Translations under genes and position numbers: made by a program
DNA from: Promethearchaeota archaeon
GTDB lineage: Archaea; Asgardarchaeota; Lokiarchaeia; Sigyniarchaeales; SOKP01
Length of the DNA stretch: 53,901 bases
Reading direction: 5' to 3'
NCBI GenBank assembly: GCA_030603385.1
Contig: JAUVXW010000032.1
Coordinates: forward strand, 1 to 53,901
The notes under the pieces: model-generated
What the model was told of the DNA's origin: nothing
Seen by the model: only the letters and a program-made list of their open reading frames with translations
Databases searched by the model: none
Shown here: positions 18,711-28,283 of the stretch, one piece after another
How the letters are laid out: each line of letters starts with the position of its first letter
How positions within the stretch are numbered: the first letter of the stretch is position 1

Positions 18711-19529
18711 TTGAGTATGAAAAATGAAACGGCAATTATAACAGGTTCTACAAGTGGGATCGGGAAAAAAACTGCTGAACTATTTCTTCAAGAAGGATGT
18801 AAGGTAACTATTTGCTCCAGAAAAGAAAATAACGTCAAGCAAACTCTTGCGGAATTTAAAGAAAAATTTGGGGATTCCGTCATTGGAATACCTTGCGATG
18901 TCTCGGATCCCGTTGCTGTTAAATCTCTTGTAGATGAGACGATTAATACGTTCGGCTCGGTTCGTATTTTAGTTGCAAATGCGGGTGTAAACCTAACATA
19001 TGGTCCATTCGAATATATCCCATTAGAGAAAGCAAATAGGGATGCAGTTAAAGTAATTAACATTAATCTTATAGGGGTTATAAATTCTGTTTCTGCGGTA
19101 CTTCCTCAAATGATAAAGCAAGGATATGGGCGGATTATTACTCTAGGTGGGGGTGGTGCTGACAGACCAATTGAACATATGACGATTTATTCTGCTTCAA
19201 AGGGAGGCGTCCTTGCCTTTTCCAAGTGTTTGGCAGAAGAATTGAATAAGAGGGAATCTGACATTAAGATAAATATATTCTTTCCTGGGATGATAAATAC
19301 AAATTTAACCACTTCAGCACAAGTAATTGAAACCTGGAAAGACCAAGAAACCTTTCAACGCGAGCTGGATCTAATTTCAAAATATGTTATGACGGATATA
19401 GAAGATAGTTGTAGTAAAATCATTCCCTATGCTTTACCTAACTGTAAAAATAACGGTAAGGTATTCAGGGGATTTTCAGTAATGAAACTCATAAAAGGAT
19501 TTAAAAAGATCCGAAAAGAAATGAAATAA
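18711..19529 (+). CDS. Short-chain dehydrogenase/reductase
   Basis: TGSTSGIG, ANAG, YSASK, PGMINT. Confidence 0.95.
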   Translation: MSMKNETAIITGSTSGIGKKTAELFLQEGCKVTICSRKENNVKQTLAEFKEKFGDSVIGIPCDVSDPVAVKSLVDETINTFGSVRILVANAGVNLTYGPFEYIPLEKANRDAVKVININLIGVINSVSAVLPQMIKQGYGRIITLGGGGADRPIEHMTIYSASKGGVLAFSKCLAEELNKRESDIKINIFFPGMINTNLTTSAQVIETWKDQETFQRELDLISKYVMTDIEDSCSKIIPYALPNCKNNGKVFRGFSVMKLIKGFKKIRKEMK

Positions 19530-19635
19530 ATTACTTAAATGATATTAACAGCGTTTTTCTTAATTTTACAAATTAGAGTATAAATTCTGTATCTGGTTTA
19601 CAAAGATATTTTATATCTCTTTAATTACCATAAAC

Positions 19636-20283
19636 GTGGATGTTACTGTTTTATTAATTACTTATGGAATATTATTTATTGGTGAATTAGGGGATAAAAC
19701 TCAACTAATAGTTTTCAATCTTGCTTTAGAATATAAGAAATTTTATAAGGTAGGCTTAGGAGTAACATTGGGATTTGTAGTATTAGTTACAATAGGCGTC
19801 TTTTTTGGCACAGTTATTACAAAATTTATTCCTCTCTTTATAATTTCAATCGTTTCTGGAATTGTATTTATCATAATAGGAATTATAGAAGCATTTAATC
19901 TCAAGAGAGTTTATTTAGAGAGAAAAAAAACCAAAAAAGGCATGAAAGAACGCAACATTCTCAATAATCTGACAGAAAATCCAGAAGATTCACCTTTAAA
20001 AGTTTCTAAATTAAAAAATAATCCTTATCTAGCAGGATTTATTTATATATTTCTAATGGAATTAGGAGATAAAACCCAAATTTTAACTATTACTCTTGCC
20101 TCAATCTATAATGCTCCAATTGAAGTCTGGATAGGTTCATTTTTAGCTTTAATTTCAGTAGCATGGATAGGAATTCTTTTAGGAGTGTTAATTGCACGAA
20201 AAGTATCCAAATTCTATTTAAAATTAATTTCTACGACTATTTTTATTATTGTAGGAATATTAATTTTAATTACATCTTTCTAG
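19636..20283 (+). CDS. TMEM165/GDT1 (UPF0016) cation transporter
   Basis: Two ELGDKTQ motifs and TM helices. Confidence 0.95.
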   Translation: MDVTVLLITYGILFIGELGDKTQLIVFNLALEYKKFYKVGLGVTLGFVVLVTIGVFFGTVITKFIPLFIISIVSGIVFIIIGIIEAFNLKRVYLERKKTKKGMKERNILNNLTENPEDSPLKVSKLKNNPYLAGFIYIFLMELGDKTQILTITLASIYNAPIEVWIGSFLALISVAWIGILLGVLIARKVSKFYLKLISTTIFIIVGILILITSF

Positions 20284-20429
20284 ATAATGAAGGATTTAAG
20301 TAAAAAATAAAGAGTTTTACTTGCATATTCATTTTTCATTTCTATTTTGAATATTTTAACTGGTGAATAAATTTATATCCAATTATTTTTCATTAAGTGG
20401 ATTGTCTTTTACTCCTAATTAATCAATAT

Positions 20430-21002
20430 TTACTTTTTATGTTTCAAACGCTTTTTATATAAGTAGCCATTTAGATGCCTGCTTTCTATAACCTCTACTT
20501 CAAGATCTAGATTTTTTGAATAATCTCGTGGATCTACAGCATCTGGATGGCCCCTATATCTTTCTCTTACTAACTCAACACCATTATCTGTCAATTCTAT
20601 AATTGTTAAAATTCCTTTATATTTTAAAACGCGCATTAATTCATTGAACGCATACTCCTTATTATCAATATGATGGAATGTTGTATAGAGAAAAATCGCA
20701 TCAAAAGAATCTTCATTAAAAGGGAGTTTTTCAGCGTTAAACGGCTTGAAGGTAATCATTTCCTCAACACCCACTTTTTTAGCAGACACCCTCCAATCCG
20801 CCCAATACACGTCGCCAGGCTGACCAGTCATAACTTTATAACCATTTAGAGCAAGAATCATTGCCATATGAGCTCGGCCTGTACCAACATCTAGCACCTT
20901 TGAATTTATAGGTAATCCAAGTTTCTGTACTATCGAACTCAAAAAATCAGCATCTCTACTAAATTCTTCTCCTAAAATCTTTTTTGCTTGTTCTAAATTC
21001 AT
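20430..21002 (-). CDS. Class I SAM-dependent methyltransferase
   Basis: VLDVGTGRA, LPF...SFD, FHHI, RVLK..G. Confidence 0.9.
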   Translation of the reverse strand: MNLEQAKKILGEEFSRDADFLSSIVQKLGLPINSKVLDVGTGRAHMAMILALNGYKVMTGQPGDVYWADWRVSAKKVGVEEMITFKPFNAEKLPFNEDSFDAIFLYTTFHHIDNKEYAFNELMRVLKYKGILTIIELTDNGVELVRERYRGHPDAVDPRDYSKNLDLEVEVIESRHLNGYLYKKRLKHKK

Positions 21003-21267
21003 TTATTCATCCTTATCGATCAATTTGATTAAATTTAAATAAACCACTTAAAAAAACTAGAGTCGTTGGTATAATAAATAGTAACGCTACTATGAGAAAT
21101 ATTGCTACCATTATAATGATAATTGGAACCAAAGAAAATAAAAAAGGTTGGATCACTACAATGGGTATGAAGAAAGTATAAAAAAGTATGAAAAATTGGA
21201 CTATATAAAAATTAAATAAAATGGATAAAATAAAAAATATAAAACTCTATGAAATAGTTGATTAAAA

Positions 21268-21765
21268 ATGAAGGCAAAGAGACATGAGGGTCATGAAAGA
21301 GAACTTCCTAACGCCCATATATTTCATGCTATATTACCAGTAGCATTTGTTTTAATATGGATTTTAGATTCAAGTATATATCACATTTCAACTTTTTTAA
21401 ACGATTTTGTGCTTGTTGAGATTCGTTTAATAATTTTTATCGTAGTTTTTATCATTGCTCTAACTTTTATATTATTATCTCATCGGGCTTTATTTAAATC
21501 GCATCAACCATCAAATTCTTTGATTACTAATGGAATTCTTGGATATGTAAGGAACCCAATGTATTTGGGGATAATATTGATTTATATAGCATTTATCTTT
21601 TTGTCTATATCATTAATTTGTATCGGCGCCTTTATTGTAATATTTTTAGTTTATAACTGGATGGTTAATTTCGAAGAAAAAATTCTCGAAAATCTGTTTG
21701 GCAATGAATACTTAGAATATAAAGCAAAAGTGCCAAAATGGTTTCCTAGTCCATTTAAAACGTAA
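21268..21765 (+). CDS. ICMT/PEMT-family membrane methyltransferase
   Basis: LITNGI...VRNPMYLG, EE..L...FG.EY.EY...VP.W. Confidence 0.9.
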   Translation: MKAKRHEGHERELPNAHIFHAILPVAFVLIWILDSSIYHISTFLNDFVLVEIRLIIFIVVFIIALTFILLSHRALFKSHQPSNSLITNGILGYVRNPMYLGIILIYIAFIFLSISLICIGAFIVIFLVYNWMVNFEEKILENLFGNEYLEYKAKVPKWFPSPFKT

Positions 21766-21908
21766 AAAACATGATTCGAAAGAATAAACATAAGGATATA
21801 AAAATAAACTTTACTAAGTGCTATTGAAAGCATATCAAAACGATTTTATTAATAATTTTTTTAAATAAAACCTTAAAATAATTTCATATTAACTTAATTG
21901 AGGATTAT

Positions 21909-22400
21909 ATGCCAATTTGTAATAAATGTAAGAAAGAAAAAGACTTAACTCATCTTGAAAAAATTGATAGTGAGTTCGTGTGCCATTCATGTTTATACAA
22001 TAATCATAAACCGTATAAAATTTATCCAATAGGATTTGTTAAGAATCAGCTAGCACGAGGACATAAATTTGGACTTACAGAAAGCCGTAATGAAATTTCA
22101 AAAATCGAACTTCTTAAGTCTCAAGAACCATTTCTTTATAGATTAAAAGATGAAAAATGGATTACTGTTGTATATTTTTTTCATAAACAACATCAAATAT
22201 GTTCTACTTTTTCTCGAGGGCTTGATGGTAAAAAAGTAGGCATATTTGCTTCAAGAACACCAGAACATTTGTCTCGTATTGGGATTACAAATGTAAAACT
22301 CATTAAGATTGAAGATACTACTCTATTCGTTAAAAATTTAGATGCTATAGATGGAACCCCTATCTTAGATATTAAATTGGGAAGAAAAACGATATGGTAA
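21909..22400 (+). CDS. TrmO/TsaA-like methyltransferase domain with N-terminal zinc finger
   Basis: PIGFV, GIFASRTP, IGIT.V, LDAIDGTPILDIK; N-terminal CNKC...CHSC. Confidence 0.8.
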   Translation: MPICNKCKKEKDLTHLEKIDSEFVCHSCLYNNHKPYKIYPIGFVKNQLARGHKFGLTESRNEISKIELLKSQEPFLYRLKDEKWITVVYFFHKQHQICSTFSRGLDGKKVGIFASRTPEHLSRIGITNVKLIKIEDTTLFVKNLDAIDGTPILDIKLGRKTIW

Positions 22401-22434
22401 TAAAAAATCATCAAATGATATTGAAGATTACCTT

Positions 22435-23028
22435 TCATGATGTACTAACAAAAATACCAAGAAACTTCTTTCCTAATTTTCGTAAACCGATTTTTACAAA
22501 CTCACCACGGGATATATCTCCTTGTTTAAACTCCTGCCATTTTTGCTTGAGTTGACTCCAATCTGAACCTAAATTAGTTTTCATATAAGTTTCAACATCT
22601 TCAATCCTCGCCATTTGTCGTTCTAATAATATAACTACCCACTCAACTTCCAAAACTATTTTAGATGTATCTTCCTTGATTTGACCCGTGAGTTCAGTAG
22701 TTTTTTCTAATGAAACTTCGAGTTCTTTCATTTTTTTTTCCAGTCTTTTATGTTGTTTATAAATCTTCTTTGACATTATATAATGTTGCTCTTCTGTGTC
22801 CTTTCTTGAAAATATTTTCTTAAATTTAAATTTAAAATAATCCGCAAAATTCTTCAGCGACTTAACTATTTTTTGAAAGAATTCCTCAGACTTTACAAAA
22901 AAGGTTTGTTTTCCCTCTTTAGTTTCCTCTATTTCTATGGAAAACTCATTTTTATTGAACTCTTGAATCTTCAATTTATCTGAATCTTCAAGAGAAGGAT
23001 CAAGTTTTTTTGGATTCTCCATATTCAA
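22435..23028 (-). CDS. Hypothetical coiled-coil protein
   Basis: 197 aa charged helical ORF. Confidence 0.75.
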   Translation of the reverse strand: MNMENPKKLDPSLEDSDKLKIQEFNKNEFSIEIEETKEGKQTFFVKSEEFFQKIVKSLKNFADYFKFKFKKIFSRKDTEEQHYIMSKKIYKQHKRLEKKMKELEVSLEKTTELTGQIKEDTSKIVLEVEWVVILLERQMARIEDVETYMKTNLGSDWSQLKQKWQEFKQGDISRGEFVKIGLRKLGKKFLGIFVSTS

Positions 23029-23104
23029 TACTTCTGTTTACATTTATAAAAATTTTATCAATTTTAGATAAAGATTTAGTAGCATCTTTGATCAGATAAT
23101 TAAA

Positions 23105-24490
23105 TTATTTCTTTTTAATTACTCTTAGAATCGTATCAGCTAGATCAAGATCTTCTTCATGAATATTAACAATTATTTCAGTATCTTGACTTGAATATTC
23201 CAATTCTTTCTTGTCTGGTTCAAGTAGTATTTTCACTATAGATCCCCAGTGTTGAGAAGTAAAACTCAATTTTATTTCTTTTTTAGTTCCATTAAAGTTA
23301 ATTAAATGAATTAAATGGTCATTTTCATGAAAAGCCCCAATAACACCGAATTTATCATCGTTAATTTCGATTCCTGGAATTTTCTTACCAATATAATCCA
23401 TAGGAACTGCTTCTGTAAATAGCGTTTTTCGTAGTATGTACCATTCACCAAATTTTTCCAAATTTTTAGCTGGTTCCGGATAGATTTCTCCATCCATTTG
23501 AGAAGGAAGCCCGAAGCAAAACTTACCTCCGCTAGCCATAATTATTGCAGCAATTCGAAATATTTCAATAGGATCAGATCTAACTAATGGAACATCCCAA
23601 CCATAAGCCGCAGGGCCACAGAGCTCCCATGGTTTCTCCTTTGATCTGTGCTTATTCCCAGCCTTCCAAGCTGTTTTGACATCATGAGCTTCACCTGATA
23701 AAAAATGAATGTATCTTGGGTTCCTTTCGATACTCACATTGTATGTAAGAATAACACCAGGATAGTTCTTTTCTAGAAAATCCATAACTATAAATGTGGA
23801 GGCTTCTTGTTCTCCAGAATACCAGTCCATCCACATCCCATTGGGATTATAATTATCAATCAATTCTTTTATTTGATTTATTAAATAAACTTCATATTTC
23901 TTAGGGTTATAAATGAAATCATGAAACCTTACATCGTCAAAAAATTCGATATTATATTCACCCCTTTCACTTCGATTTGTTTTTACCATATTCTCAATAG
24001 TTTTAGCAATACTCATAGAAAATTTTGTGATTTTTTCTTTATTATCGCTATGCATCGCGATATAAGAGGGTGTGATACATCTTAACGGTTGAATATCGTC
24101 AAAATGGGGATTATGATCAAAAATACTTGAGTAATAGAACATAAAAGGAATCCCTACCTTTTTGCTCTCTTCTGCATATATTTTACAATAATCTTCTGGA
24201 GTCTTCCAGTCCGTAAATTTTGTATCCCAATAACATATACCATCGTGCCATTTCGCTTCAAAAACATGATAATCCACACTTATTTTTTTTGAAAACTCAA
24301 CCCATTTCTTCATTTTACAAAAAGGGCCATTAAACCTGAAATTGCCGTTCTCATCCCTCATAGAAGCATTAAATTTATCATAATTTCTATTCCATATCCA
24401 TCCTGGCCTTGCTTCTATCTGATACATAATCCCTAGTCCTGGTCTCTCCCACCATTTCTTTATATTCTCAGATTTATTGCCAGTTTGCAA
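23105..24490 (-). CDS. GH29 alpha-L-fucosidase-like glycoside hydrolase
   Basis: AKWHDGICYWDTK (cf. KHHDGF.LW), FYYS, GMWMDW (nucleophile region), PWE. Confidence 0.75.
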   Translation of the reverse strand: MQTGNKSENIKKWWERPGLGIMYQIEARPGWIWNRNYDKFNASMRDENGNFRFNGPFCKMKKWVEFSKKISVDYHVFEAKWHDGICYWDTKFTDWKTPEDYCKIYAEESKKVGIPFMFYYSSIFDHNPHFDDIQPLRCITPSYIAMHSDNKEKITKFSMSIAKTIENMVKTNRSERGEYNIEFFDDVRFHDFIYNPKKYEVYLINQIKELIDNYNPNGMWMDWYSGEQEASTFIVMDFLEKNYPGVILTYNVSIERNPRYIHFLSGEAHDVKTAWKAGNKHRSKEKPWELCGPAAYGWDVPLVRSDPIEIFRIAAIIMASGGKFCFGLPSQMDGEIYPEPAKNLEKFGEWYILRKTLFTEAVPMDYIGKKIPGIEINDDKFGVIGAFHENDHLIHLINFNGTKKEIKLSFTSQHWGSIVKILLEPDKKELEYSSQDTEIIVNIHEEDLDLADTILRVIKKK

Positions 24491-24551
24491 ATTTATGACC
24501 TTCTTATTTATTATTTTTAAAAATATTTTAATTTAAAAAAAAAATTGGAGT

Positions 24552-26621
24552 TTAAAATTGAATTTCTGTCCAAAGTGCTGGATGATCTGATTGTGGATCG
24601 GTAATATACCACGCTTCTGAAACATTAAAACTTAGTGATACAAATATATAATCAATTCGATCCGACAAATTAAAACTAGGTCCATCTACTCCTCCGGATA
24701 ATTTTGTTAACCAAACGTCTTGTAAAACTGAAACAGACTCATTATAATATATCGAGTTTTCTCGGCTATTGAAATCGCCCATAGAAATTACATTAGTTTT
24801 ACCACTGATACGATCCATTAAAGCCTGAATATGTGCCAATTTAGCATCATCGCTTCCAGCAGGATGACTTACATAGACATTTAATATTGTAGCTCCTACT
24901 TTAACTTGGACTTCAGTCGTACCAATCTCATCTGTATCACTATAGGTAAAAAATGTTTTTGCATTGATGATTGGATATCGTGACAATATAGCGACTCCAA
25001 AAGTTCCAGTAACTGTTCTTGGGCCATAAAAAGAATAATAATTTAACCGATTCGCAAAATAACGTACCACATCTGAATTCCCCCCTGAAATCCTTGCTGT
25101 ATCACACTCTTGTAAACCAATAATATCAGGATTTATTGCCTTTATAAGAGCTAACTGTTTATCATAATTTATGTCACCAGTGACATTTACCCCTTGTTGA
25201 ATATTATATGTAATTACTGTTAGTGAGGTTACCCCGCTTCCACCTTTAGCTTTAGGACGTAATTCCCATACTAATGCTGAAACACTAGTTCCAATTAATA
25301 GGATTACTAAAAATGAAGCTATTATTCTTTTTTGTTGTAAATTATTAATTATTGATTTGAATTCTAAGGAACGTTTTTTGAAGATTGCTTTTCCCATGAT
25401 TGGGATTGTTATTCCCACTAATAAGAAAGGAAGCCAGAATAAATTACGAAAAATTTGGCTTACTGGATCTACATAACCCCAAACATTAGTGAAGATCAGT
25501 ATAAATGACACTAAGATGAAAAATAAACTACCCGCCCCAAAACCACCACCCAACTTAGATGGGCTTGGTCGTTTCCTTATAAGTTCTCGAGATAAGAGTG
25601 TAAAGTCGATAAAAACTATGGGTAATAGTATTATCATTATTGCTAATGGGAGATAATAATACCAATCAAGCGGATGGTTGATAATAACAGGATCTGAAGT
25701 AGGATTTGCAGGAAATGGAAAAGTGTGAACGACGATTGTTAAGACAAGTGAAAACACAAATAGACCATTCCACGCCCAAAGGATTCGTGAATTCAATTTT
25801 CCAAGAATTTCTGGCTTTATTGTTAATATGAATATAGTTAGTGCTATCATCACTGCTATTGTAATTGTAATTGCAATATAATCAGCCTCAGTCCATCTTG
25901 ATATAACAGTTGGACTACTAAATACAAAATAATTAAGAGTTAAAATACTGACAAGACCAAGCGATAACAATTTTACTCCTTTAAGAGGTGTCCATCTTTT
26001 AGCGCCTTCTTCACTTTGAGTCTGAGGATTTCCCTCGTTCTGTGTTCCCATAGAACCTTCAATTCGATTTACCATTAACCGACCAATTAATGTGAGTATT
26101 CCGATTACTCCAACAACCCAACCTATTACCTGGAAAATTCTATAAGTTGAAATATCAACTGTCGAATTTAATGTTCTAAAGGTAATTGAAAGTAAAATAG
26201 CTGAAGCAAGCCCAGCTCCGATTTTTAAGCTAATTTTTCCCCCATCATCCCTGCTCTGATTTTTTATATGGTCAGAAAAATATACTGGAAGGAATAGCAT
26301 GAAACAACCAACACCTAAGCCTGAAATTATGATTCTGCTTTCAGTGTCTAAAAATGGGGAAATTAAACGTGAAACTATAGTAATTGTAGCAACTACTTCA
26401 AGGAAGTAGCTAGGAATCTTATGTCTAAATGCCATTAATATAGCAGGTGTTATTAAAAATAAAACTCCTAACGCCTTTTCATCCAGCTCTAAATTTAAAA
26501 GATCGAGTATATAAATAGATTCAATTAAATCACCGACTAATTGGAAAAAGAATAAAAACATCACTGTTAAAAGTGCGAGCTCAGAGTTGATTTTTTTGTA
26601 AAAATTAATAAATGATTTCAT
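24552..26621 (-). CDS. Multi-TM protein with C-terminal EEP domain (Cwh43/PGAP2IP-like)
   Basis: About 13 TM helices, then TYNIQQG, DIIGLQECD.AR, LSRYPI, MGDFN, IDYIF, SDH. Confidence 0.8.
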   Translation of the reverse strand: MKSFINFYKKINSELALLTVMFLFFFQLVGDLIESIYILDLLNLELDEKALGVLFLITPAILMAFRHKIPSYFLEVVATITIVSRLISPFLDTESRIIISGLGVGCFMLFLPVYFSDHIKNQSRDDGGKISLKIGAGLASAILLSITFRTLNSTVDISTYRIFQVIGWVVGVIGILTLIGRLMVNRIEGSMGTQNEGNPQTQSEEGAKRWTPLKGVKLLSLGLVSILTLNYFVFSSPTVISRWTEADYIAITITIAVMIALTIFILTIKPEILGKLNSRILWAWNGLFVFSLVLTIVVHTFPFPANPTSDPVIINHPLDWYYYLPLAIMIILLPIVFIDFTLLSRELIRKRPSPSKLGGGFGAGSLFFILVSFILIFTNVWGYVDPVSQIFRNLFWLPFLLVGITIPIMGKAIFKKRSLEFKSIINNLQQKRIIASFLVILLIGTSVSALVWELRPKAKGGSGVTSLTVITYNIQQGVNVTGDINYDKQLALIKAINPDIIGLQECDTARISGGNSDVVRYFANRLNYYSFYGPRTVTGTFGVAILSRYPIINAKTFFTYSDTDEIGTTEVQVKVGATILNVYVSHPAGSDDAKLAHIQALMDRISGKTNVISMGDFNSRENSIYYNESVSVLQDVWLTKLSGGVDGPSFNLSDRIDYIFVSLSFNVSEAWYITDPQSDHPALWTEIQF

Positions 26622-26717
26622 GATTTATGATTTCAATTTATAACTTTATAAATATTCTCACATAGATGTAAATTTAATCAATAAAATCATTAAATATACT
26701 AAATTAAAGATATACAT

Positions 26718-27872
26718 ATGAATAGTTTTGAAAGAATATGGGCCGCTCTGAATCTGGAGGAACCTGATAGAATTCCAACCCATACAATTAATATCGATGG
26801 AAACGTCGCTGATAAGATTTTAGGAAGACCAAAGAAAACTGCTTTTGATGTCTTCGACGATCTCGAGAAACAATATCCGGATGAATGGATCGATAAAATT
26901 AATCCCATCCTTCTCGATATTGAAATTTCTACTTTTGCAAAAGCTGTTAGAGCAGGATATGAATTAGGATTCGATGGAGTTGGAATCCAATATATTCCAT
27001 TTATTCTCGAAAGCAGAACAGAGATGACAGATATTTTTGGGAAGAGACATAAAGTAAGAAATATTGATGGAAATCCATATCCAGATTATTATGGAGGATA
27101 TATTAAAAATCGTGAAGATTGGGAAGCGTATCCAAAACCTGATTTAAAAGATGAATATAAAAAAGCAAAGAAATTTTATAAAGGAGTCTTAAGGAAATGC
27201 CGTGATATTAAGGATGAGATTTGTATTATAGCTCAAAATGCATTAACTTCGGTTTTTCCACCTGTATGGCAAGGAATGGGAATGAATTATTTTGCTCGTG
27301 CATTAAAAAATGACCCAAAATTAGTTGAAGAACGATTTCGATTTTGTACTGACTTTGTACTAACTGTTTTTAAAGCGTACTCAGACTGTGGCGCTAAGAT
27401 TTTTCTTGAAGGTGGAGATATCGCACATAAGGGAGGTCCGATGCTTAATCCGAAATATTTCGATAAATATTTATTGCCACGCTACCAAGAAGTATCAAAC
27501 GCCATACATGATTGGGGTGGTAAATTTATTTTGCATACTGATGGGGATATCACATCTCTTTTAGACTTTATCGTAGAATCGGGCTTTGACGGGCTTCAAT
27601 GCTTAGAACCACCCTTTGTAGATCCCGTTTTAGTTAAAAAGAAAGTTGGAGATAAGCTTTGCTTGTCGGGAAATATTGATACAAGGCATATTTTAGTAGA
27701 TGCTACTAAAGATGAAGTAATACAAGCTGTTAAGAGTGCTATAAAAGCTTTAGGTCTTGGTGGAGGATTTATGTTATCTCCTGCTAATTTTCACCCTGCT
27801 ATGTCAGTGGAACGATTGAAATGGATGATTGAAGCAACAAAAGCTTATGGGGTTTACCCTTTAAACATTTAA
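26718..27872 (+). CDS. Uroporphyrinogen decarboxylase / MtaA-CmuA superfamily protein
   Basis: ER...AL..EEPDRIP, GDIA.K.GPM, ILHTDGDI, LSGNID, GGGFMLS. Confidence 0.85.
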   Translation: MNSFERIWAALNLEEPDRIPTHTINIDGNVADKILGRPKKTAFDVFDDLEKQYPDEWIDKINPILLDIEISTFAKAVRAGYELGFDGVGIQYIPFILESRTEMTDIFGKRHKVRNIDGNPYPDYYGGYIKNREDWEAYPKPDLKDEYKKAKKFYKGVLRKCRDIKDEICIIAQNALTSVFPPVWQGMGMNYFARALKNDPKLVEERFRFCTDFVLTVFKAYSDCGAKIFLEGGDIAHKGGPMLNPKYFDKYLLPRYQEVSNAIHDWGGKFILHTDGDITSLLDFIVESGFDGLQCLEPPFVDPVLVKKKVGDKLCLSGNIDTRHILVDATKDEVIQAVKSAIKALGLGGGFMLSPANFHPAMSVERLKWMIEATKAYGVYPLNI

Positions 27873-27893
27873 AAAATGAATGGGAGATTAAAG

Positions 27894-28088
27894 TTATTTT
27901 TTCATTCTATCAATAATTAAATTTCCACCGACACCCACATTCTCAGGAAAATTCGCCTTTATTAATACCGTATAAACATCTCTTGGTAATTTATAAGCCT
28001 TTTCGAGAGCATCAGTAATTTCTTTAACTAATATTCTCTTAACTTCTACATCTTCAATTGGAGGTCCTTCTAATGTTGCCGTTGGCAT
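27894..28088 (-). CDS. dmpI: 4-oxalocrotonate tautomerase family (DmpI-like)
   Basis: Catalytic Pro after Met, EGP, KR.LVKEITDA, ENVGVGG. Confidence 0.85.
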   Translation of the reverse strand: MPTATLEGPPIEDVEVKRILVKEITDALEKAYKLPRDVYTVLIKANFPENVGVGGNLIIDRMKK

Positions 28089-28283
28089 ATTTTTAACCTT
28101 TTTTCTCTTATTTATTCTTGATTTAATTTTAAATTATAATAATTTAATGACAATTATAAGCATTATTCATATCTAATTAAAACTAAAAGATAAATTTCAA
28201 TATCAGTGTTTTTGAGATAATGTAATACCATTTTTTAAAAAAATTAGACGGAAAATAATAGTTTAGAATTAAAAATTTAGTTT

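Noticed and set aside
21268-21765. ICMT-family enzymes acting on the Rab-like GTPases (CaaX processing)
   Set aside because: Neither GTPase has a C-terminal Cys motif, and the family is widespread in prokaryotes.
26718-27872. URO-D/MtaA-like protein as partner of the HgcA-like corrinoid protein
   Set aside because: About 24 kb away, lacks the MtaA HxC zinc motif (has HTD), and belongs to a large paralogous family.
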